64,000 bases of DNA. Origin: Piedraia hortae CBS 480.64 (lineage: Eukaryota). The notes under the pieces were generated by a model. The model saw only the letters and a program-made list of their open reading frames with translations, ran no database searches and was not told the DNA's origin. Positions 23,378 through 37,468 of the stretch are shown here, piece after piece; position 1 is the stretch's first letter, and each line of letters starts with the position of its first letter. Both the position numbers and the translations under genes were made by a program. The stretch spans positions 186,001 to 250,000 of the forward strand of contig MU005976.1 of NCBI GenBank assembly GCA_010093745.1. The letters are read 5' to 3'.

Positions 23378-24305
23378 TGTATTCTTCTGCCAAACACTTT
23401 CAACACTTTCAACACAATATAACACAACACACAACCATCGCACAGAGTCATTAGCCAGATCGTTCAAAATTAGGAATCGTCAACTATCATATATATATGA
23501 TAGTTGGGGTTCCACAAAAACAAATAGAATCCCCACCCGTAGAATTCTGCCGGGGTGCATGACGCAAGCAACACACCGCGCGAGTAGCGCAGTTAAAAAT
23601 CCAATTAAGTTTCGCCTGTGGTCCGTGCGTGGAAAGCTTTCGTTCTTTGTACGGAATGTGTGTTACGGGCTAGCCCTTTCGTTCCATGGTTGTTACATGG
23701 GTGTGATTCACCAGGAGCGAGCGTATGCGGTACGCGCGCGCTATACGGACAAGGCGCTCCTGTGCAGGAGCTTATGAGTGTATTGATGAACAATGCGTGT
23801 GCTGTTCGGTGCGTAGCGTTATGTGCACAAATGGAAAACGGAGATTGAGAATGAGAACAGCGTAGAATACAGTTCCAATTTCAGGCTCATAACATGATAG
23901 AATGTGGAGATAGTGTTCTAGCGCAGCGTCATGTGCAATATAGACCCGGGGAATGGGAACAAGAACAGTATTTGTGATAATGCTCATGCATTGAGTTTTA
24001 TTTGTCTTATTGTTATTCAGTAATGAGGATGTGAGCGAAGTGCCACGACTGCCTCCACATTCCCGCACGGTCCGGGACCGCATTCGCCGTAATCACATCA
24101 TGTGACGTGACCCCACGCCCCAAGGGAAACATCCTCTGTGAGGTAAAAACTCTGTGAAGGGAAGCACTGGGGGTGTGCACGGACCCAGGTTCGAGCAAGA
24201 TATTGTCTCGTATGGAAGCTTAAGAGGGCCAGAGGGCCTGCTATATATGTAGAGCATAAGGCCTCGTTGCTATGAGCACGTGAGCATATATGGCTAGACT
24301 TCTCA
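23378..24305. mobile_element. Probable solo LTR (928 bp) with a 5-bp target-site duplication ATGTG
   Basis: Starts TG (23378), ends CA (24305), flanked by ATGTG at 23373-23377 and 24306-24310. Non-coding, with TATA-like runs. Confidence 0.55.
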
Positions 24306-24615
24306 ATGTGGGGTAAACGACGGTTTATATCGCTTTTGGGACGGAGGTTCTTGTTGTGGAGGTGGACCTTTCAGGGGCTGCACGGCCGTTGGAGTACATA
24401 ATGCTCAGCGAAGCGCAACTCTCGAATGCTGATAAAACCTTGTTCAGTGGGAGTATCTTGCCTATAGGCAAGGTACTCCCAAATGATGAGCTTGACCCTA
24501 TGTCTTATTCACTTGCGATGAACACCACCGCCACGTAATAGTCCTGCACTTGAATGTACAAAGCTTAGAGAATCACGTGTCGACACAGTACTATATTACA
24601 CGGTCTCGCATAGTT

Positions 24616-25204
24616 CTATCGCTGATAATGAGAAGGCGAGGCGCCGCGTAGGGGCGCGGGTGTCCATTTCTTCTTCTTGGCGAGCAGAGCCTGAGCTTGC
24701 TCCCTCATAGCCGTTCTTGTTGCCTGATCTGGTCCGATTTGATCGGCCATACCGCCCAGAGAGTCCCGCATCTTTTCATCTTCTCGTTGTGCCATTTTCG
24801 CTTCTTCCCTGTTCCACGGGCTGAGATCCTCTGGCTCGTCGGGCCATGTAAAGGGCGATTCGAGGTTTACCATCATGTACTTCGTGCTTTTCGGTCGGTA
24901 CCAGTGTCTGTACCGGTGAGGCTCGGTAGGATCAGTGCCTTGACGGACGCGCGATTGCTTGACATAAGATCTGATGGTTGGGCCAATGCGAATGCCATAT
25001 ACTGAGAACAAGTAGTCTCGAAGATCGAGTTTGTTGAACCAAAGCGGCACGTTGAATGAGGCGACGTTGGGACCCAAATGCGGAGTGCGCCGGAGCGAGA
25101 CGACAAAGTCTGGGCTAGACGATTGTTAGTCTGGAGGTTTCTGGAGCGAGGGAAGCGTACAGGTAGATCTCCTTGAGACCGCGTCTGAAGGGTGCGGCGG
25201 CCAT
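24616..25204 (-). CDS. MRP20: Mitochondrial ribosomal protein uL23m; exons 25204-25161 and 25114-24616
   Basis: A 46-nt intron at 25115..25160 gives GLKEIYLPDFVVSLRRTP. Also FNVPLWFNKLDLRDYLFSVYG and KYMMVNLESPFTWP. Confidence 0.9.
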
Positions 25205-25319
25205 TGTTGGTCGTCAACGTCCCAAAACGGAAAACGCCGCGGGGGTTTCAGGCTCCAACGTCACCCGTTCGCCGCGCGCAGGATGAGGTGATTTGGCACT
25301 CGCTGCCACTGCTTGCAAC

Positions 25320-28300
25320 ATGGCTTCGGGTCTGGGAGGCCGGTCAAACCAGATGTCTGTCGCCATCGACCCTGTAGCTTTGGTAAGTAGCTGCCAAAGC
25401 CATGAACTAGACTAACAACGCCAAAAGGTCGTTACAGAATGCATTACAGTCACTTCGGCCATGCGCAAGCACGCGCGCTGGGCCCATTCCTCCATCTCGT
25501 CCATTCTAGGCACGTCCAGCTCTCTGCGCGCCATCCAGGCCGAACACTCGAGGATCCCGCGGAGTCCACGCACAATCGAAGTTGGCGATGAAGACGGCTC
25601 CTTGCCCTCCCGTTGGGGTGGATTGCGCGGAAAGAAGGGCCAGAGTCTGCAAGACAACCCGCTTATAGCAGCCTTTGCGCGGTTGAGGGCCGATCTCAAA
25701 TCCTGCAACGACATTGAATGCTTCGACACGCCCAGCTTGCTGCAGCCGTTCCTGCAGGTTATCCGCAGCTCCAGCACGACGGCGCCCATCACAAGCTTGG
25801 CACTTATCGCAATTACCAAGATGCTGGCATACAATATCATCAATCCGCAATGTCCAAACTTTGGGATAGGCATGCAGCTGCTCGCGTCCAGCGTGACGCA
25901 TTGCCGATTCGAGGGCGACAATACGGCCAGCGACGAGGTGGTTTTCTTGCGAATTCTGAAGCTGATGGAGCACATGGTCTGCGGGCCTTCGGGGAACGTA
26001 TTGGGAGACCAGAGCGTGTGTGAGATGATGGAATGCGCATTGTCTATTTGCTGTCACTTACGGATGACCGAGGTTCTGCGACGAAGCGGTGAGATCAGCA
26101 TGGTCACCATGTGTCAGACCATCTTTACCCGCCTTAAAGATCTTGAAACTGCCCCAGCATTGGATGATGTTGGCCCAGAGGAGATGGAGGCCGCTAAGAT
26201 CGACTCCAGCCCCAACGGCGCTCACGGGCCCAATGTCATGCAGCGACATCGTGCTAGCTTGGAGGTGCCTTCCTCTGCCCGAGTCTCTACTGATGCCGGC
26301 GCGAGCCAGTTGGATTTGTCCGAAGACAGTGTCGACGAGGTCAAGCCTTATGGGTTGCCGTCCATCCGTGAACTGTTCCGTGTGTTGGCTGATCTGTTGG
26401 ACCCCCATGACCGTCAGAGAACCGATACGTTACGTGTCATGGCACTTAGAATCGTCAATGTGGCGTTGGAAGTAGCCGGGCCAAGCATTGCAAACCATCC
26501 CAATCTCGCGAGCTTGGCTAAGGATACTCTGTGTCGAAATCTGTTTGAATTGGTGCGGTCTGAAAACATTGCCATCCTGCACGAGTCTCTGCGCGTAGCT
26601 GGTACGCTGTTGGCCACGTGCCGTGGAGTTTTGAAGCTGCAGCAGGAGCTTTTTCTTTCCTATATAGTGGCTTGTTTGCATCCCCGAGTCCCGATCCCCG
26701 AGGAGCCAGGTATTGATTCAAGACTGTATCAAGGGGTGCCACAGGCCCCGGCTTTGGTGAAGCCGCAACCTAGCGAAAGTGGCCGGTCCACTCCAATCCC
26801 GGTACGAGACCGGCAGAAGCTGGGCATGGAAGGCGGTGCACGCAAGCCCGATGCTCGAGAGGCCATGGTTGAATCAGTTGGTGGTTTGGTTCGCATTCCC
26901 AGCTTCATGGCCGAGTTATTCGTCAATTACGACTGTGAAATTGATCGCAGCGATTTGTGCACTGACATGGTTGGCTTGTTGGCGCGAAATGCCTTTCCCG
27001 ATGCCGCGATATGGAGCACGACCAATGTGCCTCCGCTATGCCTGGATAGCTTGCTTGGCTATGTGCAGTCGATATGGGACCGGCTGGATGATGAACCAAA
27101 TACTGCTGGGCTGCCAGATGCGGCGGTTTTAAGGGAGCAGCGAAATCGAAAGAAGATTGTTATTCGAGGAGCCACAATGTTCAACGAAAACCCAAAAGGT
27201 GGCATTGCGTATCTTGCTAGTCAAGGCATCATTGAAGATCCCGATGATCCGCGCTCCATCACCCGTTTCCTAAAAGGTACTGCCCGCATAGACAAAACGA
27301 TTCTTGGGGACTTCATCTCCAAACGGACCAATGAACATATTTTGGAAGCTTTCTTGGACGATTTTGATTTTACTGGACTAAGAGTGGATGAGGCATTGCG
27401 TCAGCTGCTTCACAGCTTCCGCCTGCCTGGAGAGTCTGCTCTGATCGAACGCATAGTGACGGTTTTTATCGAAAAATACCTTGCCGATGCAAAACCCGAT
27501 AAGATTGCTACTGCCGATGCCGGATTCGTGCTGACATATGCAATCATTATGCTGAACACCGATCTGTACAATCCCAACATCAGGTCCGGGAATCGCATGA
27601 CGCAGGAGTCGTTCTCAAAGAACTTGAGAGGCGTCAATGACAATGCAGACTTTGACCCAGAGTTCCTCCAAGACATCTACAATGCCATCAAGAGCAATGA
27701 GATTATCTTGCCAGAGGAGCATGACAACAAACACGCGTTCGAATATGCCTGGAAAGAACTGCTGGCGAAGGCTCAGACGGTTTCCGACCTTGTCATCTGC
27801 GATACAAACATCTACGATGCTGACATGTTTGCGGCTACCTGGCGGCCTATAATAGCTGCGCTGAATTATGTCTTTGCCTCGGCTACCGAAAATGCAGTCT
27901 TCCAACGCGTGATGCAGGGCTACGACCAGTGCGCCATGATTGCCGCACGATATGGGCTCAGTGATTGTGTGGATCACATTGTTCATTCACTCGCCGAAAT
28001 TTCAACGTTGGCCAAAGATCAGCCTGACACGAGCTTGAATACAGAGGTCCAGGCCAGTGGAAGGAGCATCATGGTGAGCAAGTTTGCCGTCGACTTTGGA
28101 CGGGGCAGTAAAGCTCAACTGGCAACAATCGTCCTCTTCCGCATCATCAATGGCAATGAACAGGCCATCGATGAAGGCTGGATGCACATTGTTCGCATAA
28201 TCATCAATCTCTTTGTCAACTCCCTCATCCCGACATCGTTTACCTCCATCTCTCGTGATCTAGACCTTCCGCCAATTCCTCTACAGTCGCCAGCTCAGAT

Positions 28301-29855
28301 AATAGCTCGACATGAAAAGGCGGGTGAAGGCGGTCTGTTCAGCGCATTCACCTCGTACGTGAGCAGCGTGATGAACGATGAGCCACCCGAGCCCAATGAC
28401 GAGGAGATTGAAGCGACCAAGACGACAGTGGAATGCATCAACGACTGCCGGTTTGAAGAGATTCTAGGTAACGTCAGCGAGCTTCCCGTTGAATCACTCA
28501 AAAGCCTCACTCGCGCTCTGCTCTCGCAACTGCCTGAGAGCTCATCCCCTCGGGTCATAACAGTCAAACCGGAAGTGCCTACACCCCGCGGGCCTCGCCC
28601 TCTGGCCGAACCGGCCGTCTACGACCCAGCAAAGGTATATGTGCTGGAGTTAGCAACTATCTTAGCATTACGGGATGAAGACACAATCGCCTCACTCGGC
28701 GCCGATACTGCAGCAGCTTTGCAAACAGCGATTAATGACTCTGAGCGTATTCACCCCGTAGCGCTTGGCCGGATTGTGTTCTACCTTCTCTCTCTCCTTC
28801 GCGCAAGCAACGACCACAAGTACATTCGCACGCCAGTGGTGTTGCATGCCATATCTTCCATACGCCCAGACCTTCTTTCACAATGCAGCATGACCATACT
28901 CAAAGGCATCTACAGTTGCGTAAGCGGACCGGTAGAGCTGAAGAATGAAATGGCCACATCGCCCGACTTCTGGGCGGTGTTGCATCTTCTTCAGACGCAT
29001 CCCGAGGCCGGTGCCCTCGTATTCCAAATCGCCCAAACAATACCCGAGGGAGTCCCCTCGGAAAAGCCAGCATCCATAGCAGCGGACAATTACACCGCTT
29101 TCATCAGCTTGCTCAACATCTTTGCAGCAGCAGGAGGCAACAACCCAGAGAGTCTCGATCGTGCACGAAAAGCGCTTTCCCTAGTTGCGAATCTCTCTAA
29201 GCGAGTACCGCGACTGATCGATGCCTCGCATCTCGAGCGCAAAGAGGCATGGCACGCGTATTGGAACCCATTACTAGGCTGTCTAACAACCCAAGCAACA
29301 CACCCTCTCCTCCCAATCCGACAAACAGCACTCTCCTCTCTCGGTCTCTGCCTCCATTCACCCCAACTAATGGAAGGAATCCGTCACAAAGAAATATCCT
29401 CCAATGAAGAAGAACAACTCTCCGAATCGATCTTCTCCCAAGTCCTCTTCCCACTCCTCCACACCCTTCTCAAACCCGAAGTCTACACCATTGATCCCCG
29501 CGGCATGAACGAGACCCGCGTCCAAGCCGCCCAACTCCTGACGCGAACATTCCTCCACAACCTCTCTCAACTAGCCGGGGACCCTCCTCTCGTGCAGCGC
29601 CTCTGGGCCTCGATCCTGGAAATCATGGAGCGTCTACTTAACAGCGGGGTCAAAAGCCAAGGCGTCGAGGAAGCTGTTCGCGAAGCCATCAAGAACGTGT
29701 TACTAGTCATGTCTGGGAGCGGGAGTTTTGGGACTACAGCCGTGCCGTGGAATGAGACGTCGGCGAAGTTGGAAAAGTTTTTGCCGGGTTTGATGGATGA
29801 GGTTTTTCCCCCGCCTCCTGCTCAAGTGAAGGAGGGAGAGGAGGGTGTACAATAG
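25320..29855 (+). CDS. GEA2: Sec7-domain ARF guanine-nucleotide exchange factor (Gea1/Gea2/GBF1); exons 25320-25382 and 25428-29855
   Basis: Sec7 motifs FRLPGESALIERI and YAIIMLNTDLYNP, HUS box FVNYDC, DCB domain. A 45-nt intron at 25383..25427 gives IDPVAL|VVTECITVTSAMRKHARW. Confidence 0.93.
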
Positions 29856-31327
29856 ATGGGTTTTAAAGCTAGATGCGTGTATGCATTGCATTCAAGAGAG
29901 GTCTTGCGTGGCGAAAGTAATTCAGCAAACCATCAAGTGTTCGTGTGAGAGAGCGGACTATTCTTTTTTCGTTACGCTTATTGCTTTGTAGCTGGCAGTT
30001 GAGGGTTTGAGGGCAGGGGTTTAGGTTGTCGTATGTTTAGACTCTTGTATAATTTAACCCAAAGATTCACGCGCGGAAAAAGCAAGCACAGTATGGTCCT
30101 ACCTGAGAGCGTCACGTGCAACCATTGTTCATGGTTCTAAACCCGTAAGATGGCAGCCTTTTGACTGTCCGGGGTACGCTGAGCTCTAAGCTTTAAAGGC
30201 ATGGAGTTTGCGCAGCACGAAGTTATGAGGCAGGCTTTGGAGAGGACTATGCGTTTGCGACTTAGGTTTACGCGTCTACTCCTGTTTGGAAGTTGACAAG
30301 CCATGGACTGATATCATTTTACTATACCCAAAAGTTTAACTGGTTAGACTCTCGCTGGAATTTGTAGCCCGCATGAGACCACCCATGTATCTTCAGCAGG
30401 GCATGTCGCTTCGAGAAAGTAAAAATTTGGTGTTGCTCAGAATGTCTTTGTGTATGGATATGATGATCGGAGCGTAGCAGGTTTCACGCAGAATGCAGTG
30501 TCTGGAATCGCTTATGGCTCCGAGACCCGCAACGGCCTCGATTGTGAGCAGCACCGGGGAATATAGGAGCCATTCTCTTGACAGATGACATGACATTCGA
30601 ATGGCACCGGTCATCGGGAGCGCGTTAGGCGTGTCGCATGCGCGTTTATCATGCAAAGCTCCACGTGGAAGAAACTTTGAAGACTCTGCGTGATATAGCT
30701 CGTGACTTCAACCACAGGTTTTTCGACTCATTGGATCCGCTGCGGTTGTCAAGCGCGTTGCTTCCTGATACGGTATTTACCATGGACCAACTTGCAGAGA
30801 AATCAAGTCGAAAGTTCATACCTCCCTTTCGGAAATCGATTTGTGTCTCAGTGTTCCCGGCAAAACCCCGGAGGCCCGTGCGAGCTCACAATCCAATTTA
30901 ATTTTTTATTACATACTAACCAATTTACCGACACATCAACGACACCTCAACAATAACTCTAACTCAACAGAAAAGAGAAGCTCTCCGATACCGACCAACC
31001 ATCCTCCAAATCCAAAAACCTTTCCCCGAGGAATCCAATTCTGAGGCCGGAACTCCCACTCCACTTTACGACATGCTCCGCCCAACCCTCACCTTCCGCA
31101 AGCTTCCTCTCCACCTCTCCCACAGACCTTAACATTGCAAAGTAAAGGCGAATAAAAAGCCTCAGGCTGCTACGCTCTTCGGCATCGGAGGAGCCACCGT
31201 GGGATATTACGTAGGACTGCCGCGTCCTCGCTTGCTGCCTTCGAATCTGCCGCTTCCGCCCCTCGCAGGTTTTGGAATGGGTCTGATCGCTTTGTTGCCT
31301 GGGATTGAGGCGTTGGGGTAATAGGGG

Positions 31328-31372
31328 TAGGGTAGGGTAGGGTAGGGTAGGGTAGGGTAGGGTAGGGTAGGG
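31328..31372 (+). repeat. (TAGGG)9 telomere-like, G-quadruplex-capable pentanucleotide tract
   Basis: Read directly from the sequence. Confidence 0.95.
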
Positions 31373-32438
31373 AATTGAGTTTACGGGTTTTTTTGTGACT
31401 CTTTTTGGCGTAAGTTGGGTGATGATGTGGAAGGATTTGGTTTTGTACTGTCTTGTGTGTGGAGTTGGATTTGGATATGGGATTTGCAGTAACTCAGGGG
31501 GCGATCAAAGGGGCTTAGGAGCGAGTGCCGTTTTGTTCGACTCCTGGGCATCCTGATCGCGGGGGGAGTTGCTTTTGTCCATTTTGCGGACCCATGAAGG
31601 TTTCAGTCGGAGAAAGGTTTGATGACTACGAATGGGACGGTCCCCCTTGTCTGTTCTGCGAATTATGGAGAACGCTGTATGCATTTTTTCAAGCCTCCAA
31701 TAAAAAGTGCAAGTTGGTCCCTTGAAATCGGTCATATCGTTTGGCCTTTTACTCTTGGAAAGAAGAGATCAAGTTGTCAATCTGCTGATCAACATCTCTC
31801 AAACAAAAGTAGAAAAGGGTAAGCCTTGCCTTATTGGGTTGTGGCTTCTCACAGAGAATTCATGCACAACAGTATTAGACTACGTCTATCATGACCTTCC
31901 GACTGTTCTACAGGGAAACGACGAAGGTGTGGTGTGAAATTGAAGTATTGTCTAAGGTATCTCTATCTTCGGTGGTCGAGCGGCGAGGAGCCGCTGTTGA
32001 ACCTTAATTCTACATCACCTCTTTCAAGATACACAGGACTGACAAAGGCTTAGCTTCCAAGGCGTCGGCCATTGCTGTCTAATATCCATGTCTAAGCTAT
32101 GAGTTTTAATCCAACATATAGCTGTTTTGATGGAATGATGATTTTTGGTAAACTAAATTCACACGCCAATTTAGAATTTTGAGTGTCAGCCGAAAGAATC
32201 AGACAGAGCCAGGCCGGCGGACGTTTTGCCCGACTTGTTGAGCGAAATATCCACGATGATTGCTAAAGAGCTCCCACTGGGACGCTACGAGATGCAAGAC
32301 GGTACCCATCTGCCTGAGAAAGACGCACACACGTTTAAAAATGCTGAGAGAGCAATGAGCACAGTTGCCTTGAAAAGACTTTCGATTCAATTCTTCTCAT
32401 ACACATTTGCACATAACCCACGTTCTCACCCATCATCA

Positions 32439-34885
32439 TCAGCCTAGCAGTTCCACATCCAAACCGATGGCCCTCAAAAACAGGTTAACATCTGCGATTC
32501 TCTTCTCCTTGAGCGGGCCATCCGGCAAGCCCTTGGCGTGCTTGACGGTACTCATGACCTTTTCTTTGACACCCAGCACAAGCCTCTGCTGCTGTTCCGA
32601 GTTGGCGCCAACGGCAAGAGCGGCGAGCCACTGCCAGACATGAACGTCTTCACCACCAGCTCCGTCTTTGGTCGTACTGCTCTCGGGGAAGATGTAAGGT
32701 AGGACAGGCTCGACCGCATCAAAGAGGCGGTCATAAGTCTCTGTCCACTGTGCGACTTCCCCGGAGAGAGGATTACCAAAGCCAGAGGCAGGCATGAGCG
32801 ATTCTTTGACCAGCTCCGCACGCGATATGAGCATAGTCAAAAGACTTGTCACGACTTTCGTGGTCACACCCTTTTGAATTTCCGTTCTTTCAAGGATGAG
32901 ATCGAGTAGACCAATGATGATAGCCAAAGGAGCGGTATTGACGTATGTGAAAAGCGAAGGCAAAACGCACGTCACAAACTCTTCGATCGCTTGTTGCTGA
33001 TCGGGAGAGGATGCAGATCGGATGACGTCTAGTTCGTCAAGGTGAATGGATATCAGCGTCAAGACTGTCAGGCGCTGCTGATCGTCGAGTTGACGGCAGA
33101 TACGCGGAGTTAGTACACGGCACTTTGAGTAGTTGAGCATCTGGATGTATGGATGAGGGGTGCTAAATCATTGTCAGCAGAAGTAATGGAAAGGAGTTCG
33201 TGGTATACAGACCTCTGGTCCATGATGCGCATTCTGTCCCAAATGGAAGCATTCAGACCTTCCCGCTCCTTCCGCCAGTGCATGTGAGCTTCGATAAACT
33301 CGGGAGACGAGTCTTCAGTTGGAGCGGCGGGGAATTTGCGCTCATGATCCTCGAGCGTCATAAGAGCATCGTACAGGCGTTCTATATCCCTTAGAATAGC
33401 CTGGCGGTTGTAGACAACCACTCTGGTTTTTTCTTTGGGAACTGCACTTTGTGATTCGACGCGTTTGATGTGCAGCAATGGACGCGGCGTCTTGGCATTG
33501 GAAAAAGCAATCTTGCCAAGTGAGCCCTCGCTCACAAGATCCTTGTTCACTGTCTTTGGGCGATTCTTGGCAGCCTCTACTGCACGAGCCACCTGCTGCT
33601 CCATTCGCTGCACATGCGTGTCACCTCCCCTAGGGTGTCCACGATTGCGGTTATTGCCGTGTCCCGGACGATGTCCGTTCTGCTGGAGGAGATATGTCTG
33701 CTCCAGTTGCGTCTGTCTGCCTAGAGTGGGACCGCTCTGGGGTGGACCGCGTATTTGAACATAGACTTGGTAGTAGAAATCTTCCATCAGCTGGCCTTCG
33801 CTTCCCGCCGCATTGTCAACACCGCCTGTTGCGGTGAGGAGTTGTTGGAGCTGTATTCTGGTGATGAAATTCTTGTCCTGCGGGGTCATAAGACCGTTAT
33901 TTTTGCTCAACATGAGGATCTTGTGCGTTCTCTTGGCGCGGGCCGCCTCAGAAGCCAAGTATGCCTCGCGCTCAGCTGGAGGCAGAGATTGCGGATTGAG
34001 GCCGGGGATGCTGGGATGAGAGGGCCCATTATGATGGCCGGGAGGAACAGGTGGACCCGGTGACATTCCGAGACCCAGCGGCATCTGATGTGGCAGCGGA
34101 TGGTGGCCCATAGCCTGTGTTGGAGGCCCGTAATGTGGCATTTGGTGAGGAATTGGCCCATAATGCGGATGAATTGGACCGGGCGGTGGGGAGCCTATCG
34201 GGTGGGCGGTACCGGGGACCAGGGGCCGCTGCAAAATCTGGACTTGCTGCGGCTGCTCCAAGCCCAGCATGCTCCTCAGTCCCTGCGATTGCTTCTCCAA
34301 GACATCTTCTGTGGGCTGAGGAGGGGCTTGCACCGTATGTGCCCGCATCATGGCCTCGACTTCCTCCACACTCAACATTTTCTTACCACTTGCCGTGCTG
34401 GGCTCAGGCGCTTTCACAGCCGGGCTCTTTAGGCCCCAAATGCTGGCGTCTGCCTCGAGTTTCGGGATATACTCGGGCTGCTTGTAGGCTTCATAGCCAG
34501 TCTTGGCCGGTCTTTGGGACTGTGCCCTATGAAATGCCTGGTCCCTAGGTGACTGTGCCTTGAAGGGCGGTAGTCCCTGGTCTCTGGACAATGTCCGACT
34601 CTCATCTTTGAGTAGCGACTCTCTCATCTGGGCCGTCTGCCCCGCAAAGTCAAAGTCGGTTCCCAGCGCCTGTCGCGTCGTCGGCATGTCACCGCCAAAT
34701 GTGTCATCGTTGAAGGCGTCGCCGCTCTCCTCCAGCTCGTCGCCCAGGCCATCGTACGTGTCTTCAAAATCCAGCGCCTCTCCCTGATCATCGTCATCGT
34801 TCAGCCCCGCAAATGGATCTCTGTGGTTAAAATTAATACGCGACTTGTCCGTCTCGGTTGGCTGGGCCAAGCCGAAGAAGGCCAT
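32439..34885 (-). CDS. PAT1: mRNA decapping activator / topoisomerase II-associated protein Pat1; exons 34885-33213 and 33162-32439
   Basis: [82 protein letters not shown] 50-nt intron at 33163..33212 is in frame. Confidence 0.94.
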
Positions 34886-35044
34886 GATGATGTTGAGCCA
34901 AAGCGAACGACTGCTGGGTTTCGCGGTCGGAGCTTACGTCACGTCCCGAGCCGTTCCGTCCGGCCCGCTCCCGCAGCACAAAGAACCTTAGGCATTCTAG
35001 GGGGGCCAGGTGTCAGCCTCGACGGACAACAGAACACTATCATA

Positions 35045-36326
35045 ATGGCGGGCTCAACCCGGTATGCGCGTTTTGTGCTCATTGCTGTTGTAGCGTTGGT
35101 GATTCTGCTCTTCATCACGACGTCGCCGTCGTCCTCTGACCGGCTGCAATCGGCCACTGACCTTCTTAAGAACAAGGGCAGCCTATGGAAGGGCGAGGAG
35201 GTGGAGAAAGTGGCTCCGGTGCACTCGGTGCTGCCACATCAGAGCATGTCACCGAATCCCCATGTCAGCAATCCTGCCGTCGGCCTCGCCGGGAAGGCCC
35301 CGGGTCCGAGGATGAATGCCACATTTGTCACCCTCGCCCGCAACAGCGATACTTGGGAAATTGCCCGCTCTATACGTCAAGTCGAAGATCGCTTCAATCG
35401 AAACTACAACTATGACTGGGTGTTTTTGAATGATGCTGAGTTTGACGACACCTTCAAAAAGGTCACAACGGCCCTGACGTCGGGAAAAGCGAGATACGGC
35501 AAGATCGGATCCGAGCACTGGGGCTTCCCGAGCTTCATCGATCAGGAAAAAGCACGAAAGGCCCGCGAAGACATGCGCGAGCGTAAGATTATCTACGGAG
35601 ACAGCGTCTCCTACCGTCACATGTGCCGATACGAGTCCGGCTTCTTCTTCTGGCATCCGCTGATGCTGGAATATGAGCAGTATTGGCGCGTTGAGCCATC
35701 AATCGAACTATACTGTGACATCAGCTATGACCCGTTCAAGTTCATGAAGGAGAACAATAAAAAGTATTCGTTTGTGCTTTCTTTGTATGAGTATGTCGAG
35801 ACGATTCCCACTCTTTGGGACAGCGTCAAAAAGTTCATGAAGCAGCACCCGGAGTATATTGCAAAGGACAACAGCATGCAATTCCTGTCTGACGACGGCG
35901 GCGAGACGTACAATCACTGCCACTTCTGGTCCAATTTCGAGATTGGCGACCTCACGTGGCTGAGGAGTCAGGCGTATACCGACTACTTTAATCTGCTTGA
36001 CCACGACGGTGGCTTCTTCTACGAACGTTGGGGCGATGCCCCCGTCCACTCTATTGCCGCGGCCATTATGCTTCCAAAGGACCAGATTCACTTCTTCAAC
36101 GATATTGCCTATTACCACGTTCCGTTTACGCATTGCCCTACCGAAGAAAAAGACAGGCTGAATCTCAAATGTCACTGCAATCCAAAGGATAACTTTGACT
36201 GGAACGGCTACTCTTGTAAGTCAACTGTCTACTACGTGCTAAACCCGCTAACACCAAGCAGGCACCAAACGCTTCTACGAATTGAACAACATGCCCCTCC
36301 CCGAAGGACATGAAAAACAACAATGA
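35045..36326 (+). CDS. KRE2: Alpha-1,2-mannosyltransferase (GT15, Kre2/Mnt1/Ktr family); exons 35045-36215 and 36262-36326
   Basis: [61 protein letters not shown]; 46-nt terminal intron. Confidence 0.92.
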
Positions 36327-36704
36327 CTCCAAAAGAATGCTTTGTTTTCTTGGCCCATCATATTTCTCGGTGTTTTCACCTCCATACCTATTTTCTTCAT
36401 CTCGCTGCTGGCCATTCGACCTTGTCTCAACTTTTGGCAGCCTCTACTTGAGCAGGCCCGGAGTTGCAAAGGGGGCTATCCAAGGGTGCATAGCAGGGCT
36501 GTAGACTAAAATTGTTTTGAATGTATGCTAAAAGGGATTTCAGGTGGATGGTGGCATTGCGTGGTTTACTAAACTGAAATCTGATAGTATCAGATTTTAA
36601 CATGTCGGTAGGACCTCGGGGCGGCAGGTAGAACATGTTGCTAGGGTTAGGTTGTCTTGACCGACGGCCACCTCCTCCACCTCTGACCTCCTCAACTCGC
36701 AACT

Positions 36705-37468
36705 ATGTCTGTCGCCAGCAAAGCAGTCGGTCGCCTCGTGCGTCGAACCGTACGTCCATCGGCAGCTGTGCAGTGCCGCGCGTACTCTGACAGCAGTCCG
36801 TTCGATGCATCGACGTCGCACACGACGGTGCATTCGCCCTTTACGCGCGGTCAAAGCGGACGGGCGGACACGACGGCGATTCCAAGCTTCAAAGATTACC
36901 GGTCCAAGAACAGCGAGCAGGCCAACCAGGTGTTCTCCTACTTTATGGTTGGTGCCTTTGGCGGTCTCAGCGCAATGGCGTGCAAGGAGACGGTGCAGAG
37001 TAGGGAAAGCCCAATTCACTCGCGTCATCATTGCTGATCTTCCTAGACTTTCTCGTAAACATGTCGGCCTCGGCCGATGTTTTGGCCCAAGCCAAGGTCG
37101 AGGTCGATCTTTCAACCATCCCGGAAGGCAAGAACGTTATCATCAAGTGGCGCGGGAAGCCCGTGTTTGTGCGCCACCGTACTGGCGATGAGATCAAGGA
37201 AGCAGAAGACATTGACTGGCACAAGCTGCGGGATCCCCAGCCGGACAGCGCGCGTGTCAAGAAGCCCGAATGGCTGGTAATGTTGGGCGTGTGTACTCAT
37301 CTCGGCTGTGTACCAATTGGCGAGGCGGGTGACTACGGCGGCTGGTTCTGCCCATGCCATGGAAGCCACTACGACATCAGTGGACGTATTCGAAAGGGCC
37401 CGGCGCCGCTGAATCTAGAAGTTCCGGCCTACGACTTTCCCGATGAGGGAAATCTTGTCATTGGTTGA
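36705..37468 (+). CDS. RIP1: Ubiquinol-cytochrome c reductase Rieske iron-sulfur subunit; exons 36705-36999 and 37047-37468
   Basis: CTHLGCVP and CPCHGSHYD boxes, GPAPLNL, Arg-rich presequence; 47-nt intron at 37000..37046. Confidence 0.97.

Noticed and set aside
30050..30970. Telomerase RNA candidate (TAACCCAAA near 30055, orphan TACTAAC at ~30914)
   Set aside because: No exact TAACCCTAA-type template and no recognisable pseudoknot or 5' splice site.
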